From assembly GCA_036274315.1 (NCBI GenBank), contig DASUFY010000243.1, positions 1,329 to 65,328 of the forward strand: a stretch of 64,000 nt of DNA, read 5' to 3'. Positions 37,496 through 47,089 of this stretch are shown one piece after another. The stretch comes from Planctomycetota bacterium. GTDB taxonomy: Bacteria; Planctomycetota; UBA1135; UBA2386. The notes under the pieces were generated by a model. It was not told the origin of the DNA, did no database searches, and worked only from the letters and a program-made list of their open reading frames with translations. The stretch's first letter is position 1. Each line of letters starts with the position of its first letter. The position numbers and the translations under genes are program-made.

Positions 37496-39351
37496 TCCGG
37501 GTTGGCCATGCGCTCGGGCGCGAGGATCGCGGCGATGGGCTCGGTGAACAGGCCGCGCCCGCGCAGCACGTCGGCGACGCTGCGCCGCGTCGCGAGCGCG
37601 TCGGCGGCCACCTGGGTCGCCACCTCGTAGCCGAGCACGGGCACGAGCGCGGTGACGAGGCCGATGCTGTTCTCGACGAAGTGGCGGCACTGTTCGACGT
37701 TGGCCTCGATGCCTTCGACGCAGTTGTGGCGCAGCGTCTGCACCGCGTTGGCGAGGATCTTCAGCGACTCGAGGATGCACGACGCGATCACGGGCTCCAT
37801 CACGTTGAGCTGCAGCTGGCCGGCCTCGGCCGCGAGCGCGACGGTCAGGTCGTTGCCGATCACGCGGAACGCGACCTGGTTGACGACCTCGGGGATCACG
37901 GGGTTGACCTTGCCGGGCATGATCGACGAACCGGGCTGCCGCGGCGGCAGGTTGATCTCGCCGAGACCCGCTCGCGGACCCGACGACAGGAGCCGCAGGT
38001 CGTTGCAGATCTTCGAGAGCTTGATCGCGAGGCTCTTGAGCGACGACGAGAACATCACGAACGCCTGCGTGTCGGCCGTCGCCTCGATCAGGTCCACGGC
38101 CAGCGTCAGGTCGATGCCCGTGACCTGGCGCAGGTGCTGCATGGCCCGGTCGCGGTAGCCCTTCGGCGTGTTGAGGCCGGTGCCGATCGCGGTGCCGCCG
38201 AGGTTCAGCACGCGCAGCTCGTTGCGCGTCTGCTGCAGCCCGGCGAGCTCCTGCCGCAGGCTGGCGGCGAAGGCGCCGAACTCCTGGCCCAGCGTCATCG
38301 GCACCGCGTCCTGCAGCTGCGTGCGGCCCATCTTGACCACCGCGCCGAACTGCTGCGCCTTCTGCACGAACGCGGCGGCCAGGCCCTCGACGCTGTCGAT
38401 CAGGCGCTGGCTGCTGAGGATCATGCTCAGCTTGAGGGCGCTCGGGTAGACGTCGTTGGTCGACTGCGAGCAGTTGACGTGGTTGTTGGGGTGCAGCCGT
38501 TCGTAGTCGCCCTTGTCGTGGCCGAGCAGCTCGAGCGCGCGGTTGGCCAGCACCTCGTTGGCGTTCATGTTGGTCGAGGTGCCCGCACCCCCTTGCAGCA
38601 CGTCGACGACGAAGTAGTCGTGCAGCTTGCCGGCGATCACCTCGTCGGCCGCGTCGGCGATCGCCGCGGCGAGCTCGGGCCGGATGGCGCCGCAGTCGCG
38701 GTTGGCGAGCGCGCAGGCCTTCTTGATCATGGCCAGCGCCTTGATCAGGTTGGGATAGGCGTTGAGCCGCACGCCGCCGATGTCGAAGTTGCTCAGCGCG
38801 CGCATCGTCTGCAGACCGAAGTACGCCTCGGCCTGCACCGGGCCGTCGCCGAGCAGGTCGTGCTCGGTGCGCGTCCGCCCGGTCGAGAACGCGTGCGTGA
38901 CGCCGCTCGTGCGGAAGAGCAGCTGGTCGACGCGGCCGACGACCTCCGCGAGCAGGCTCGACAGCATGCGCTTCTCGAGCGCATGGTCGTTGCCGACGAA
39001 CGCACGCAGCTTGTCGGCGTGCAGGAACGCGACCTCGACCTCGTCGATCGCCGTCGCCGTCGTCGAGTGCACCGAACCCTCGATGAGCATGCCCTCGCCG
39101 AGCAGGTCGCCGCGCACGAGCGTCACGACCGGGCGCGCGACGCCGTAGGGATCGACGCGCGTGAGCTGCACGGCCCCGCGGCGGATCAGCAGCAGCCGCG
39201 CGCGGCGGTCGCCCTCGACGAACAACGTCTCGCCTTCGCGATAGACGCGGCGCTCGATCTGCGCGAGCAGCCGGGCGCTCTCTTCGGGCGTTAGCTTGGT
39301 GAAGATGTGAACCTGGCGGAAGGCGCTGGCCAGGTCGTCGTTGTGTGGCAT
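37492..39351 (-). CDS. aspA: Cyclic-nucleotide-binding domain fused to aspartate ammonia-lyase (class II fumarase/aspartase family)
   Basis: The N-terminal 135 aa or so show the CAP_ED pattern (YREGETLFVEGDRRARLLLIRRGAVQL...GDLLGEGML). The rest is aspartase (GAGTSTNMNANEV, signature GSSIMPGKVNPVIPE). An alternative GTG start exists at 39402. Confidence 0.9.
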   Translation of the reverse strand: MPHNDDLASAFRQVHIFTKLTPEESARLLAQIERRVYREGETLFVEGDRRARLLLIRRGAVQLTRVDPYGVARPVVTLVRGDLLGEGMLIEGSVHSTTATAIDEVEVAFLHADKLRAFVGNDHALEKRMLSSLLAEVVGRVDQLLFRTSGVTHAFSTGRTRTEHDLLGDGPVQAEAYFGLQTMRALSNFDIGGVRLNAYPNLIKALAMIKKACALANRDCGAIRPELAAAIADAADEVIAGKLHDYFVVDVLQGGAGTSTNMNANEVLANRALELLGHDKGDYERLHPNNHVNCSQSTNDVYPSALKLSMILSSQRLIDSVEGLAAAFVQKAQQFGAVVKMGRTQLQDAVPMTLGQEFGAFAASLRQELAGLQQTRNELRVLNLGGTAIGTGLNTPKGYRDRAMQHLRQVTGIDLTLAVDLIEATADTQAFVMFSSSLKSLAIKLSKICNDLRLLSSGPRAGLGEINLPPRQPGSSIMPGKVNPVIPEVVNQVAFRVIGNDLTVALAAEAGQLQLNVMEPVIASCILESLKILANAVQTLRHNCVEGIEANVEQCRHFVENSIGLVTALVPVLGYEVATQVAADALATRRSVADVLRGRGLFTEPIAAILAPERMANPD

Positions 39352-39474
39352 CGGGAGGGTCCGCTTGGGCAGCGCGGCGTCGCGCGCGCGGCATCGGACC
39401 ACCGCCCCGCCGCGCCGTCCACTCTTCCATGCCGCTCCGGGTGCGCCGCGCCGCGAAGCCGCCGTGCGAACGGG

Positions 39475-42400
39475 CTATCGCGCGCCGCCGCCCGCCTTCG
39501 CCTGCTCGCGCCGCTTCGCCGCCGCCGGCACCGGCTCGGGCCGGCCGCGCGCGCGTTCCGCGGCGACGTCCTCGGCCAGCGCCGAGATCGCCGCCGCGAG
39601 CTGCTGGTCGCCGCCGCCGGGCAGGTTCCACAGCGCGATGTCGGGCATGCAGCCGTTGAGCTCCATGTCCGCACCGGTCGTGACGAGGTACCAGCCGCGC
39701 GTCGGCATGCGCACGGTGCTGCCGTCGACGAGGCTCTGCGAACCCGTGCTGATGACGCCGCCGCCGGTGCGCATGCCGACGAGCCGGCCGCGCCCGAGCT
39801 GCTTGATGGCGTGCGAGAGGATCTCCGCGTTGGAGAACGAGTACTCGTTGCACATGAGCACGACCGGCTTGCTCCAGGTCGCATAGACCTTGCGATCGAC
39901 GGGGTAGCCGTCGCCGCTGCCGCGCGAGCGCGTGATCGCGTGCACGGGCTGGGTCAGGATCGTCAGCACGTGGTCGGCCGTGCTGCCGCCGCCGTTCCAA
40001 CGAATGTCGACGATGAGGCCGTCCTTGCCCGCGCCCGCGGCATAGAGGTCCTCCTCCATCTGCTGCAAGCTGCGCATGTCCATGCTGCGGATGTGCAGGT
40101 AGCCGAGCTTGCCGCCCGAGGCCTTCTCGACGGCCGCGCGCGTGTTCTCGACCCACTCGTCGTAGAGCAGCGCGCGCAGCGACGCGATCGGGCGCACGCT
40201 GACCTTGCGCTCGGCGCCGGCCGCATCGCGCACCGTCAACTCGACGTCGCGCAGTTCGTCCATGGTCAGCAGCGTGTCGATGTCGACGCCGGCGTCGAGC
40301 GCCGTGCCGTCGACGGCCATCACGGTCTCGCCGGGTTCGACGCGACTGCGCGCCTGTGCACACGGACCGCCGCGCACGACGCTGCGCACGCGCAGGCCCG
40401 GCGCCGCCGCGCCGGGCGCGTGCTCGAAGCGCAGGCCGAGCTGGTAGGTCACGGGGTTCCACGCCTGGCCGTTGGCGACCTGCGGCATCGGTTCGCTGCC
40501 GCCGCTGTGACCCATGTGCGAGGCGTTGAGTTCGCCGAGCATCATGTTCATGAGATCCGAGAACTCCTCGCGGCCGAGGCACTCGGCAGCCACCGTGCGG
40601 TACTTGCCGCGCACCTGGTTCCAGTCGCGGTTGTTCATCGCCTCGTCGTAGAAGCGGTCGCGCATCGCGCGCCAACCCTGGTCGAACGCGAGCTCGCGCA
40701 GCCTGGCCCAGTCGCGCACCTGCCGCGCCGAGAAGTCGAAGCGTTCGATGTCGCCGCGCGCGTTCATCGCGGCCGGGCTGCCGCTGCCGCCGCCGAAGCC
40801 GGCGAAGCCGCGCAGACGGCGCGGCGGGAAGCCCGGCGGCAGCCCCGGCGGAACCGCCGGATCGGCGCCCGCGGCCGGCGCGCCCGAAACGAGCCCGACG
40901 ATCTCGGCGCCGGGCTCGAGCCAACGTGCGCTCGACAGACCCTGTCGGGCCAGACGCTTCGGCTTGCCGACCTCGGGGAACTCGACCGTGTAGAAGCCCG
41001 GCTCGTTGTCGACGGTCGCCGAGAACGCGAGCTTCTTGCCGTCGGGGGACCACAACAGGCCCGACTCCGCGGAGTCCGGCACGCTGATGCGATGCCGGCG
41101 TTCGAGCAGGCCGTCGAAGTCGACGGTGACGACGACGGGCGCCTTGTCGGCCTTCTTCTCGGGCTCCGCGGCGGCTTCGCCCTCGCCCTTCTCGCCGGCC
41201 GCGACGGCCGGTTCGCCCGCGGGTGCCGGTTCGGCGCGCGCACCGCGGCGACCGCCGCGGCCGGGCTCACCGGCCGCACCAGCGCCGCCGCGGCCCGGCT
41301 TCTTCTTCATCGCCTCGAGCGCCTCTTCGAGCTTGCGGTCGCGGCCCGTCTTCTCCTCGACGTCCTTCGTGAGGTTGACGTAGAAGACGTCGCGCTCGTT
41401 GTCCTCGCGCTGGCCGACGAACGCGATGCGCGTGCCGTCGGGCGACCACCTGGGCGTGCTGTCGCGCCCCGGATGCCGCGACAGGTTGAACGGCGCCCGG
41501 CTGCCGTCGAGCGGCGCGATCCACACGTCGCTGTTGTAGTCGTCGTCCTGCGTCGCCCAGGTGATCCACTTGCCGTCGGGCGACCAGTCGAACTCGGGGC
41601 CCGACCACGTCGAGAGCACCTTGTGCGCGCCGGTGCCGTCGATGTTCATGACGAAGAGGTCGCCGTCGCGCGAGTAGGCGAGCTGGTCGCCCTTCGGGCT
41701 CAGCGCGAGGTCGCCCTCGACGGCGCGGTCGTCGGTCACCTGGGCGAGCTCGAACGACTTGCCGAGCCACCAGATGCCGTCCTCGCGCGGGCACGTCGCC
41801 CGCCAGACGTCCATCTCGCCGCCGGCGTCGCTGACGAACCACAGCGTCTTGCCGTCCGCCGAGAAGACGAGGTCGGTCTCGCGACTCGGCGTGTGCGTGA
41901 CGCGCACCGGCTCCCTGAGCACACGGTCCATCACGTAGACGTCCTCGCCGGCCATGAAGGCCATCTGCTTGCCGTCGTTCGTGAACGCGACGGCGTTGGC
42001 GCGCGACTCGGTGCGCCGCTCCTCGAACGTCGCGAGCTGGTCGCCGCTCGCCAGCAGGCGCACCTCCTTCGCCTGCGCCGATGCCAGCTCGACGTTCTGC
42101 AGCGTGAAGCGCCGCCGCACGAGCAGCGTCTTGCCGTCCGCCGACAGGCTCGGGAACGCGACGCCGTCGTCGGAGCCATCGGCCTCGCCGACGTGCGTGA
42201 TGCGACGCGCGGCACCGCCGTCGAGCGCGCGTTGGTACACGTCGAACGTTCCGTCGGGATCGCTGACGAAGTAGTACGCGTCGCCGCCGGGCGCCCACAT
42301 CGGCGCCATCTCGCTCACGTTCTGGAACTCGGGCCGGTCGTGCGACAGCCGCGTCAGTGCCGGCGGATCCTGCGCGAGGTCCGCGAGCCAGATCTGCTCG

Positions 42401-42984
42401 GCCGCGGCGCCGACGTAGCCCTTGCGCCACCACGACGCGCGCCCGCGCGTGAACAGCACCTTGCGGCCGTCGGGCGACAGCGTCGCCGACCCGAAGCCGA
42501 CGTCGAGCAGCAGCCGCTTCGGCTGCCTGCCGGCCGCGTCGAGGCGATAGAGCCGGCGCGACTCGCCGCCGTGGAAGTGCTCGTCGCCGTCCATCGCGAC
42601 GACGAGGCCGGCGCCGTCGGCGGTGTACTCGATGAGGCTCTTGCCCTCGGAGTCGAACGTGACCTGCCGCGGCGCATCCGCCGGCAGCGCACCGTCCGGC
42701 AGCGTCACGACGAAGATCTGGTTGCCGCCGGCGCGGTTGCTCGTGAACGCGAGGTGTTTGCCGTCGGGGCTCCAGACGGGGTTGTCGTCTTCGCCGGGAT
42801 GCGTCGTCGCGCGCACGGCGTGGCCGCCGGCCGACGGTGCGACCCAGACGTCGCCGCGCCACGCGAACGCGACCCGCGCTCCGTCGGGGGAGACGCGCGG
42901 TGCACGCGGCAGCAGGATCTCGCGGTCCTGGGCGAGCGCGGGAGCGACGGTGCAGAGAGCGAGCAGCAGGGCGTGGGTTCGCAT
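39475..42984 (-). CDS. Tricorn-protease-like peptidase (beta-propellers, PDZ, S41-type peptidase core)
   Basis: Signal peptide MRTHALLLALCTVAPALAQ. Repeated SPDG..vAF units, a PDZ-like segment, and a C-terminal S41-like core (IDIRWNGGG...CNEYSFSNAE). A low-complexity Gly/Ala/Glu/Pro insert lies at about 41141-41310. Confidence 0.9.
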   Translation of the reverse strand: MRTHALLLALCTVAPALAQDREILLPRAPRVSPDGARVAFAWRGDVWVAPSAGGHAVRATTHPGEDDNPVWSPDGKHLAFTSNRAGGNQIFVVTLPDGALPADAPRQVTFDSEGKSLIEYTADGAGLVVAMDGDEHFHGGESRRLYRLDAAGRQPKRLLLDVGFGSATLSPDGRKVLFTRGRASWWRKGYVGAAAEQIWLADLAQDPPALTRLSHDRPEFQNVSEMAPMWAPGGDAYYFVSDPDGTFDVYQRALDGGAARRITHVGEADGSDDGVAFPSLSADGKTLLVRRRFTLQNVELASAQAKEVRLLASGDQLATFEERRTESRANAVAFTNDGKQMAFMAGEDVYVMDRVLREPVRVTHTPSRETDLVFSADGKTLWFVSDAGGEMDVWRATCPREDGIWWLGKSFELAQVTDDRAVEGDLALSPKGDQLAYSRDGDLFVMNIDGTGAHKVLSTWSGPEFDWSPDGKWITWATQDDDYNSDVWIAPLDGSRAPFNLSRHPGRDSTPRWSPDGTRIAFVGQREDNERDVFYVNLTKDVEEKTGRDRKLEEALEAMKKKPGRGGAGAAGEPGRGGRRGARAEPAPAGEPAVAAGEKGEGEAAAEPEKKADKAPVVVTVDFDGLLERRHRISVPDSAESGLLWSPDGKKLAFSATVDNEPGFYTVEFPEVGKPKRLARQGLSSARWLEPGAEIVGLVSGAPAAGADPAVPPGLPPGFPPRRLRGFAGFGGGSGSPAAMNARGDIERFDFSARQVRDWARLRELAFDQGWRAMRDRFYDEAMNNRDWNQVRGKYRTVAAECLGREEFSDLMNMMLGELNASHMGHSGGSEPMPQVANGQAWNPVTYQLGLRFEHAPGAAAPGLRVRSVVRGGPCAQARSRVEPGETVMAVDGTALDAGVDIDTLLTMDELRDVELTVRDAAGAERKVSVRPIASLRALLYDEWVENTRAAVEKASGGKLGYLHIRSMDMRSLQQMEEDLYAAGAGKDGLIVDIRWNGGGSTADHVLTILTQPVHAITRSRGSGDGYPVDRKVYATWSKPVVLMCNEYSFSNAEILSHAIKQLGRGRLVGMRTGGGVISTGSQSLVDGSTVRMPTRGWYLVTTGADMELNGCMPDIALWNLPGGGDQQLAAAISALAEDVAAERARGRPEPVPAAAKRREQAKAGGGAR

Positions 42985-43211
42985 GGTCGGGGCTCTTCGG
43001 GAGGTTCGAAGGAACGCGCAGGATAGGCGGGCCCTCGCCAGCGCGACACCGGTCGGCGCGCCCGCGGGTGCACGACCGGGGTCATTCGCCCGCATCGCGC
43101 GTGCCTCTCGATCGAGCCCGGGGACCGCGCGACCGCGCGCGGCCCGTTCGAGTTATCCTCGTTCTCCGCCCCCGATCGCCAGCCCACCGCTCTCCAGGAC
43201 ATCTCCCCGAC

Positions 43212-44009
43212 ATGCGACTGCCCGTGTTTCGCTGCTCGTTCGCCGCCGTGCTCACCGCCGGCCTGCTCCCGGCCCAGATCGCGGGCCAGATCCCGTCGAC
43301 GCCGCAGATGCGCTACGTCGACTTCAGCCGCGACCTCGACCGCCCCGGCGTCGCCGTCGTCGTCGGCACGCTCGGCAAGTTCAAGGAAGGCAAACGCGAA
43401 CGCCTCGCCGACGGCAGCCTCGGCAGCAACACCGCGAAGGTGTCGGTCAGCGGCACGCAGTACTTCAAGGTGCCGGTGCAGGCGACGATCACGCCGCGCG
43501 CGACGTTCGCCGGCGACGCCGACAAACCGTCGATCGCGTTCGACGTGCAGCTCGCGCGCCTGCCCGACGGCAAGGAACAGCGCCAGTCGATGACGGGCAA
43601 CGGCGCCAGCATCGAAGAGGGCACGCTGGCCCTGTTCGTCATCGCGAGCAAGCCGAAGGGCAAGCGGCTCGAGCTGCTGGCGGTGATCCCGTTCGACGCC
43701 ACGGTCGACAAGGGGCCCGACGCGGAGCCCGAGTTCGTCGACACCATGCACGATTTCTGGGCCGTCAACCAGCGTGTGCACGACCTGCAGCAGCAGCTCG
43801 ACGCCGCCGACAAGGCCACGGACGCCGCGGCGAAGGACAAGGCGCTCGCCGCGCTGCGCGAACTCACGAAGCACGACCTCGAGCTGCGCAAGAGCCAGAA
43901 CGACCCGCTGGTGTCGCAGTACGTCGCCCCGCTGCTCGCGCGCGCCAGGAAGCGCATCGACGAGCCTGCGGCCCCGGCCGGGGGCGAGGCTCCGGGCAGC
44001 GGCAAGTAG
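43212..44009 (+). CDS. Hypothetical secreted protein
   Basis: Signal-like MRLPVFRCSFAAVLTAGLLPAQ. Coherent frame, with no recognisable domain. Confidence 0.6.
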   Translation: MRLPVFRCSFAAVLTAGLLPAQIAGQIPSTPQMRYVDFSRDLDRPGVAVVVGTLGKFKEGKRERLADGSLGSNTAKVSVSGTQYFKVPVQATITPRATFAGDADKPSIAFDVQLARLPDGKEQRQSMTGNGASIEEGTLALFVIASKPKGKRLELLAVIPFDATVDKGPDAEPEFVDTMHDFWAVNQRVHDLQQQLDAADKATDAAAKDKALAALRELTKHDLELRKSQNDPLVSQYVAPLLARARKRIDEPAAPAGGEAPGSGK

Positions 44010-44060
44010 AAGCCCGGCACGCATGCTGGACAGCACCGTGCGACCGCGTAGCGTTCCCGC

Positions 44061-45035
44061 GTGACCGCGATGCAAGCTCTGGCGGCCTCGATCCGCGCCG
44101 GCGACCGCCCAGCGCTCGCGCGCGGCATCACGCTGGTCGAGAGCCGGCGGGCGAACGACACGGCCGCCGCCGAGGAACTGCTGCAAGAACTGCTGCCGCA
44201 CACGGGCGGATCGGTGCGCATCGGCATCACGGGCGCACCCGGCGTCGGCAAGAGCACGTTCATCGAAGCACTGGGCCTGCGGCTGTGCACCGCCGGGCAC
44301 CGCGTCGCCGTGCTCGCCGTCGACCCGAGTTCGACGGTGTCGGGCGGCAGCATCCTCGGCGACAAGACGCGCATGAACGAGCTGAGCCGGCAGCCGAACG
44401 CGTTCATCCGGCCGTCGCCGGGCGGCGGCACGCTCGGCGGCGTCGCGGCGCGCACGCGCGAGGCCATGCTGCTCTGCGAGGCGGCCGGGCACGACACCGT
44501 GCTCGTCGAGACCATCGGCACCGGGCAATCCGAGGTCGCCGTGCACGGCATGGTCGACTTCTTCCTGCTCCTGCTGTCGCCGGCCGCCGGCGACGAGCTG
44601 CAGGGCATCAAACGCGGCGTCATGGAACTCGCCGACGGCGTACTCGTGCACAAGGCCGACGGCGACCTCGCCGCGGCGGCCGATCGCGCGGCGCAGCAGT
44701 GCCTGCTCGCGATGCGCGTGCTGCACGCGGGTGACGGGGAACCGCCACCCGTGCTGCTCGGCTCGTCGGTGACGGGCCGCGGCCTCGACGAGCTGTGGCA
44801 GGCGATCGACCGCTGGGTCGCCGCGCGGCGCGGCAGCGGCGCGTTCGCGGCGCGGCGCGCGGATCAGGCCGGCGACTGGCTCGACGAGACCGTGCGCGAG
44901 CAGCTGCTCGCCGAGTTCCTCGGTGAACCTGCGGTCGCCCGGGCCATGGCCGAAGCCCGCGAACGGGTCGCGCGCGGCGAACTGCTGCCCGGGGCGGCGG
45001 CGCGGCGACTACTGGCCCTGCGCCATCGCCCATGA
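44061..45035 (+). CDS. meaB: MeaB/ArgK-type G3E GTPase (methylmalonyl-CoA mutase accessory protein)
   Basis: P-loop GITGAPGVGKSTF, DPSSTVSGGSILGDKTRM, LVETIGTGQSE, VHKADGD. Confidence 0.9.
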   Translation: MTAMQALAASIRAGDRPALARGITLVESRRANDTAAAEELLQELLPHTGGSVRIGITGAPGVGKSTFIEALGLRLCTAGHRVAVLAVDPSSTVSGGSILGDKTRMNELSRQPNAFIRPSPGGGTLGGVAARTREAMLLCEAAGHDTVLVETIGTGQSEVAVHGMVDFFLLLLSPAAGDELQGIKRGVMELADGVLVHKADGDLAAAADRAAQQCLLAMRVLHAGDGEPPPVLLGSSVTGRGLDELWQAIDRWVAARRGSGAFAARRADQAGDWLDETVREQLLAEFLGEPAVARAMAEARERVARGELLPGAAARRLLALRHRP

Positions 45036-45595
45036 ACGCGGCCGCCATCCGTCTCGCCGAGGCCGAGGACTTCGCCGCGATCGCCGCGATCACCAACCAC
45101 TACATCAAGACGACGGCGATCCACTTCAACTACGTGCAGGTCACGGCCGAGGAGCTGCGCTCGCTGTGGCGCGAACACCTCGACGTCTACCCGTGGCTCG
45201 TGCGCGAGGTCGGCGGCACCGTCGCCGCCTACGCGAAGGCCGGCGTGTATCGCGCCCGCCGCGCCTACCACTGGACCACCGAGACCGGCATCTACGTCGC
45301 CGCCGAACACTGCGGGCGCGGCATCGGCCGGCCGCTCTACGAACGCCTGCTCGCCGTGCTGCGCGCGCAGGGCTTCCATTCGGTGATCGGCGGCATCGCG
45401 TTGCCCAACGACGCCTCGGTGCGCCTGCACGAGCGGCTCGGCTTCGTGCACTGCGGCACGATGCCGCGCGTGGGCCGCAAGTTCGACCGCTGGCACGACG
45501 TCGGCTTCTGGCAGCTCGCGCTGCAACCCGACGACCACAACCCCACCGAGCTCGTGCCGCCGGCACTCGCGTTCGCCGCGACGGGTCGGGGCTGA
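45032..45595 (+). CDS. GNAT N-acetyltransferase (phosphinothricin acetyltransferase-like)
   Basis: ATGA overlap with meaB. Motifs IRLAEAEDFAAIAAITNHYI and GRGIGRPLYERLLAVLRAQGFHSVIGGIALPNDASVRLHERLGF. Confidence 0.85.
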   Translation: MNAAAIRLAEAEDFAAIAAITNHYIKTTAIHFNYVQVTAEELRSLWREHLDVYPWLVREVGGTVAAYAKAGVYRARRAYHWTTETGIYVAAEHCGRGIGRPLYERLLAVLRAQGFHSVIGGIALPNDASVRLHERLGFVHCGTMPRVGRKFDRWHDVGFWQLALQPDDHNPTELVPPALAFAATGRG

Positions 45596-45605
45596 GCGCG
45601 GCGGC

Positions 45606-46868
45606 TCAGTGGCCCGGCCGGACCCGCTGCCGCACGTCCGCCACGAGCGGCTCCCACTCGGGCAACAGCGACCAGCGTTCGAGCTGGGCCAGGTCCTTCT
45701 CGGCGTTGTCGCGATCGCCGCGGTCGAGCAGGAACTCGAGGTTGCGCAGCTTGCCGCGCAGCCACTGTTCGCCGTCGATGAGCATCTGCTCGCGCTCGCG
45801 GCGCACGGTCCCGGTCTCGCCATGGGCCTGGAGGAACGCATCGAGCCGCTGCATGGCGGCTTTGTAGTCGCGCCAGACGAAGCGCAGCCGCGACCGCGCG
45901 GCGAAGATCACGTCCTCGGCGCTCTCGGGCTGGTCCATCGCCGCGAGCCCGACGAAGCGCGACCGCTGGCTCTCGATGGCCGCGAGCAGCGGCTTGCCGT
46001 CCGAGTTCCGCGTGCACAGCGCGCGGTAGCGTTCGAGCCAGTGGTCGCAGAGCCGCACGAACTCGCGCGCGGCCGGGCGGGTCACGTCGGTCTGCAGGTA
46101 GGTGCCGACGAACGACTGCAGCAGGTCGTGTTCCTGGCGCGCCTGCAGCACCATCGGCAGCTCGTCGCGTTCGAGCAGCATGCGGCGGATCTCCGCCTCG
46201 AGCGCGAGCGCCTCCTCGCGCGTCTTGCCCGTCGCCTCGGGCAGCGCGAAGGCCAGCGTGTCGAGCGCGCGCTGGGGCTGCTGGTTGCCGAGCTGCTCGC
46301 GCGCGAGGTCGACGTAGTGCTGCGGCGAACTGGGCCACGTCGAATCGGCGAACGAGCGCAGCACGAGAACGGCGACGATCACGATGACGCAGAAGATCGT
46401 CGACGCCGGCACCCAGGTCGGCACGCCGCGGCGCCGGGCCGGCCGCACGCGTTCGGCGCGCGCGCTCCCGGCCTCGCGATTGCGTGCGGGCACCTGCGTC
46501 CTGGCGCGCGAGCGCGGCGCGGCTGGGGCGGCGGCCGGCTTGCCGGACCGGGCCGGCTGCGGCACGAGCGGCGCCTTCTTCGGCGCGCACCAGCGCAGCC
46601 GCAGGCGGCCGACCTCGATCGTGTCGTCGGGCTCGAGGTCCTTGCAGAAGAGGGATTCGCCGTTGACGGTGACCGTGCCGCCGGGCCGGACCGGTTCGAC
46701 GCGCACGCGATCCCCGGCGCGCACGAAGCGCAGATGGTGCGCATCGAGGCCGGCATCGGCCACGCACACGTCCGCGTCGCGAGCGCTGCCAAGCAGGAGC
46801 CGGTCGCCGTGCACCGGCACGATGCGGGTCCCCCCATTGGCGTCTGTGATCTCGATCTGTTCCGACAC
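45606..46868 (-). CDS. FHA-domain protein with a single TM segment and a helical extracytoplasmic region
   Basis: GTG start with a GGAG SD. The FHA domain begins at residue 1 (IVPVHGDRLLLGSARDADVCV...VTVNGESL...IEVGRLRLRW). TM segment WVPASTIFCVIVIVAVLVL. Confidence 0.8.
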   Translation of the reverse strand: MSEQIEITDANGGTRIVPVHGDRLLLGSARDADVCVADAGLDAHHLRFVRAGDRVRVEPVRPGGTVTVNGESLFCKDLEPDDTIEVGRLRLRWCAPKKAPLVPQPARSGKPAAAPAAPRSRARTQVPARNREAGSARAERVRPARRRGVPTWVPASTIFCVIVIVAVLVLRSFADSTWPSSPQHYVDLAREQLGNQQPQRALDTLAFALPEATGKTREEALALEAEIRRMLLERDELPMVLQARQEHDLLQSFVGTYLQTDVTRPAAREFVRLCDHWLERYRALCTRNSDGKPLLAAIESQRSRFVGLAAMDQPESAEDVIFAARSRLRFVWRDYKAAMQRLDAFLQAHGETGTVRREREQMLIDGEQWLRGKLRNLEFLLDRGDRDNAEKDLAQLERWSLLPEWEPLVADVRQRVRPGH

Positions 46869-46901
46869 TTGCTCCAGGCCGTTGCGGGCGGGCGAAGCGT
46901 A

Positions 46902-46926
46902 GCGGCGCGGCGCGCGATCGCCTAGC
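46902..46926. repeat. 25-nt exact repeat, copy 1 (GCGGCGCGGCGCGCGATCGCCTAGC)
   Basis: Identical to 51922-51946. It lies 34-58 nt upstream of the FHA gene start on the minus strand. Confidence 0.85.
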
Positions 46927-47089
46927 CCGGTCGGTTCGTGGGGTTCGTGGTCGACGCCGACGCCTTCGTGTCTGTCAAGGGCCGCGGGTGCGTCCCGGTC
47001 AAGAGTGACAACCTCTTGGGTCGCACGGCGTCGCGGACGGCACGGGGAACCCGCCTGCGATCAGGCGCCGTGCCGCAGGGTGACACGCG

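Noticed and set aside
34772-41053. 2093-aa minus-strand ORF
   Set aside because: Only its 3' 888 nt (the Sel1-repeat protein, 34772..35659) are real. The rest runs antisense or out of frame through the Kelch, aspartase and tricorn genes.
39307-43026. 1239-aa plus-strand ORF
   Set aside because: It is antisense to the tricorn-like protease and has no recognisable motifs.
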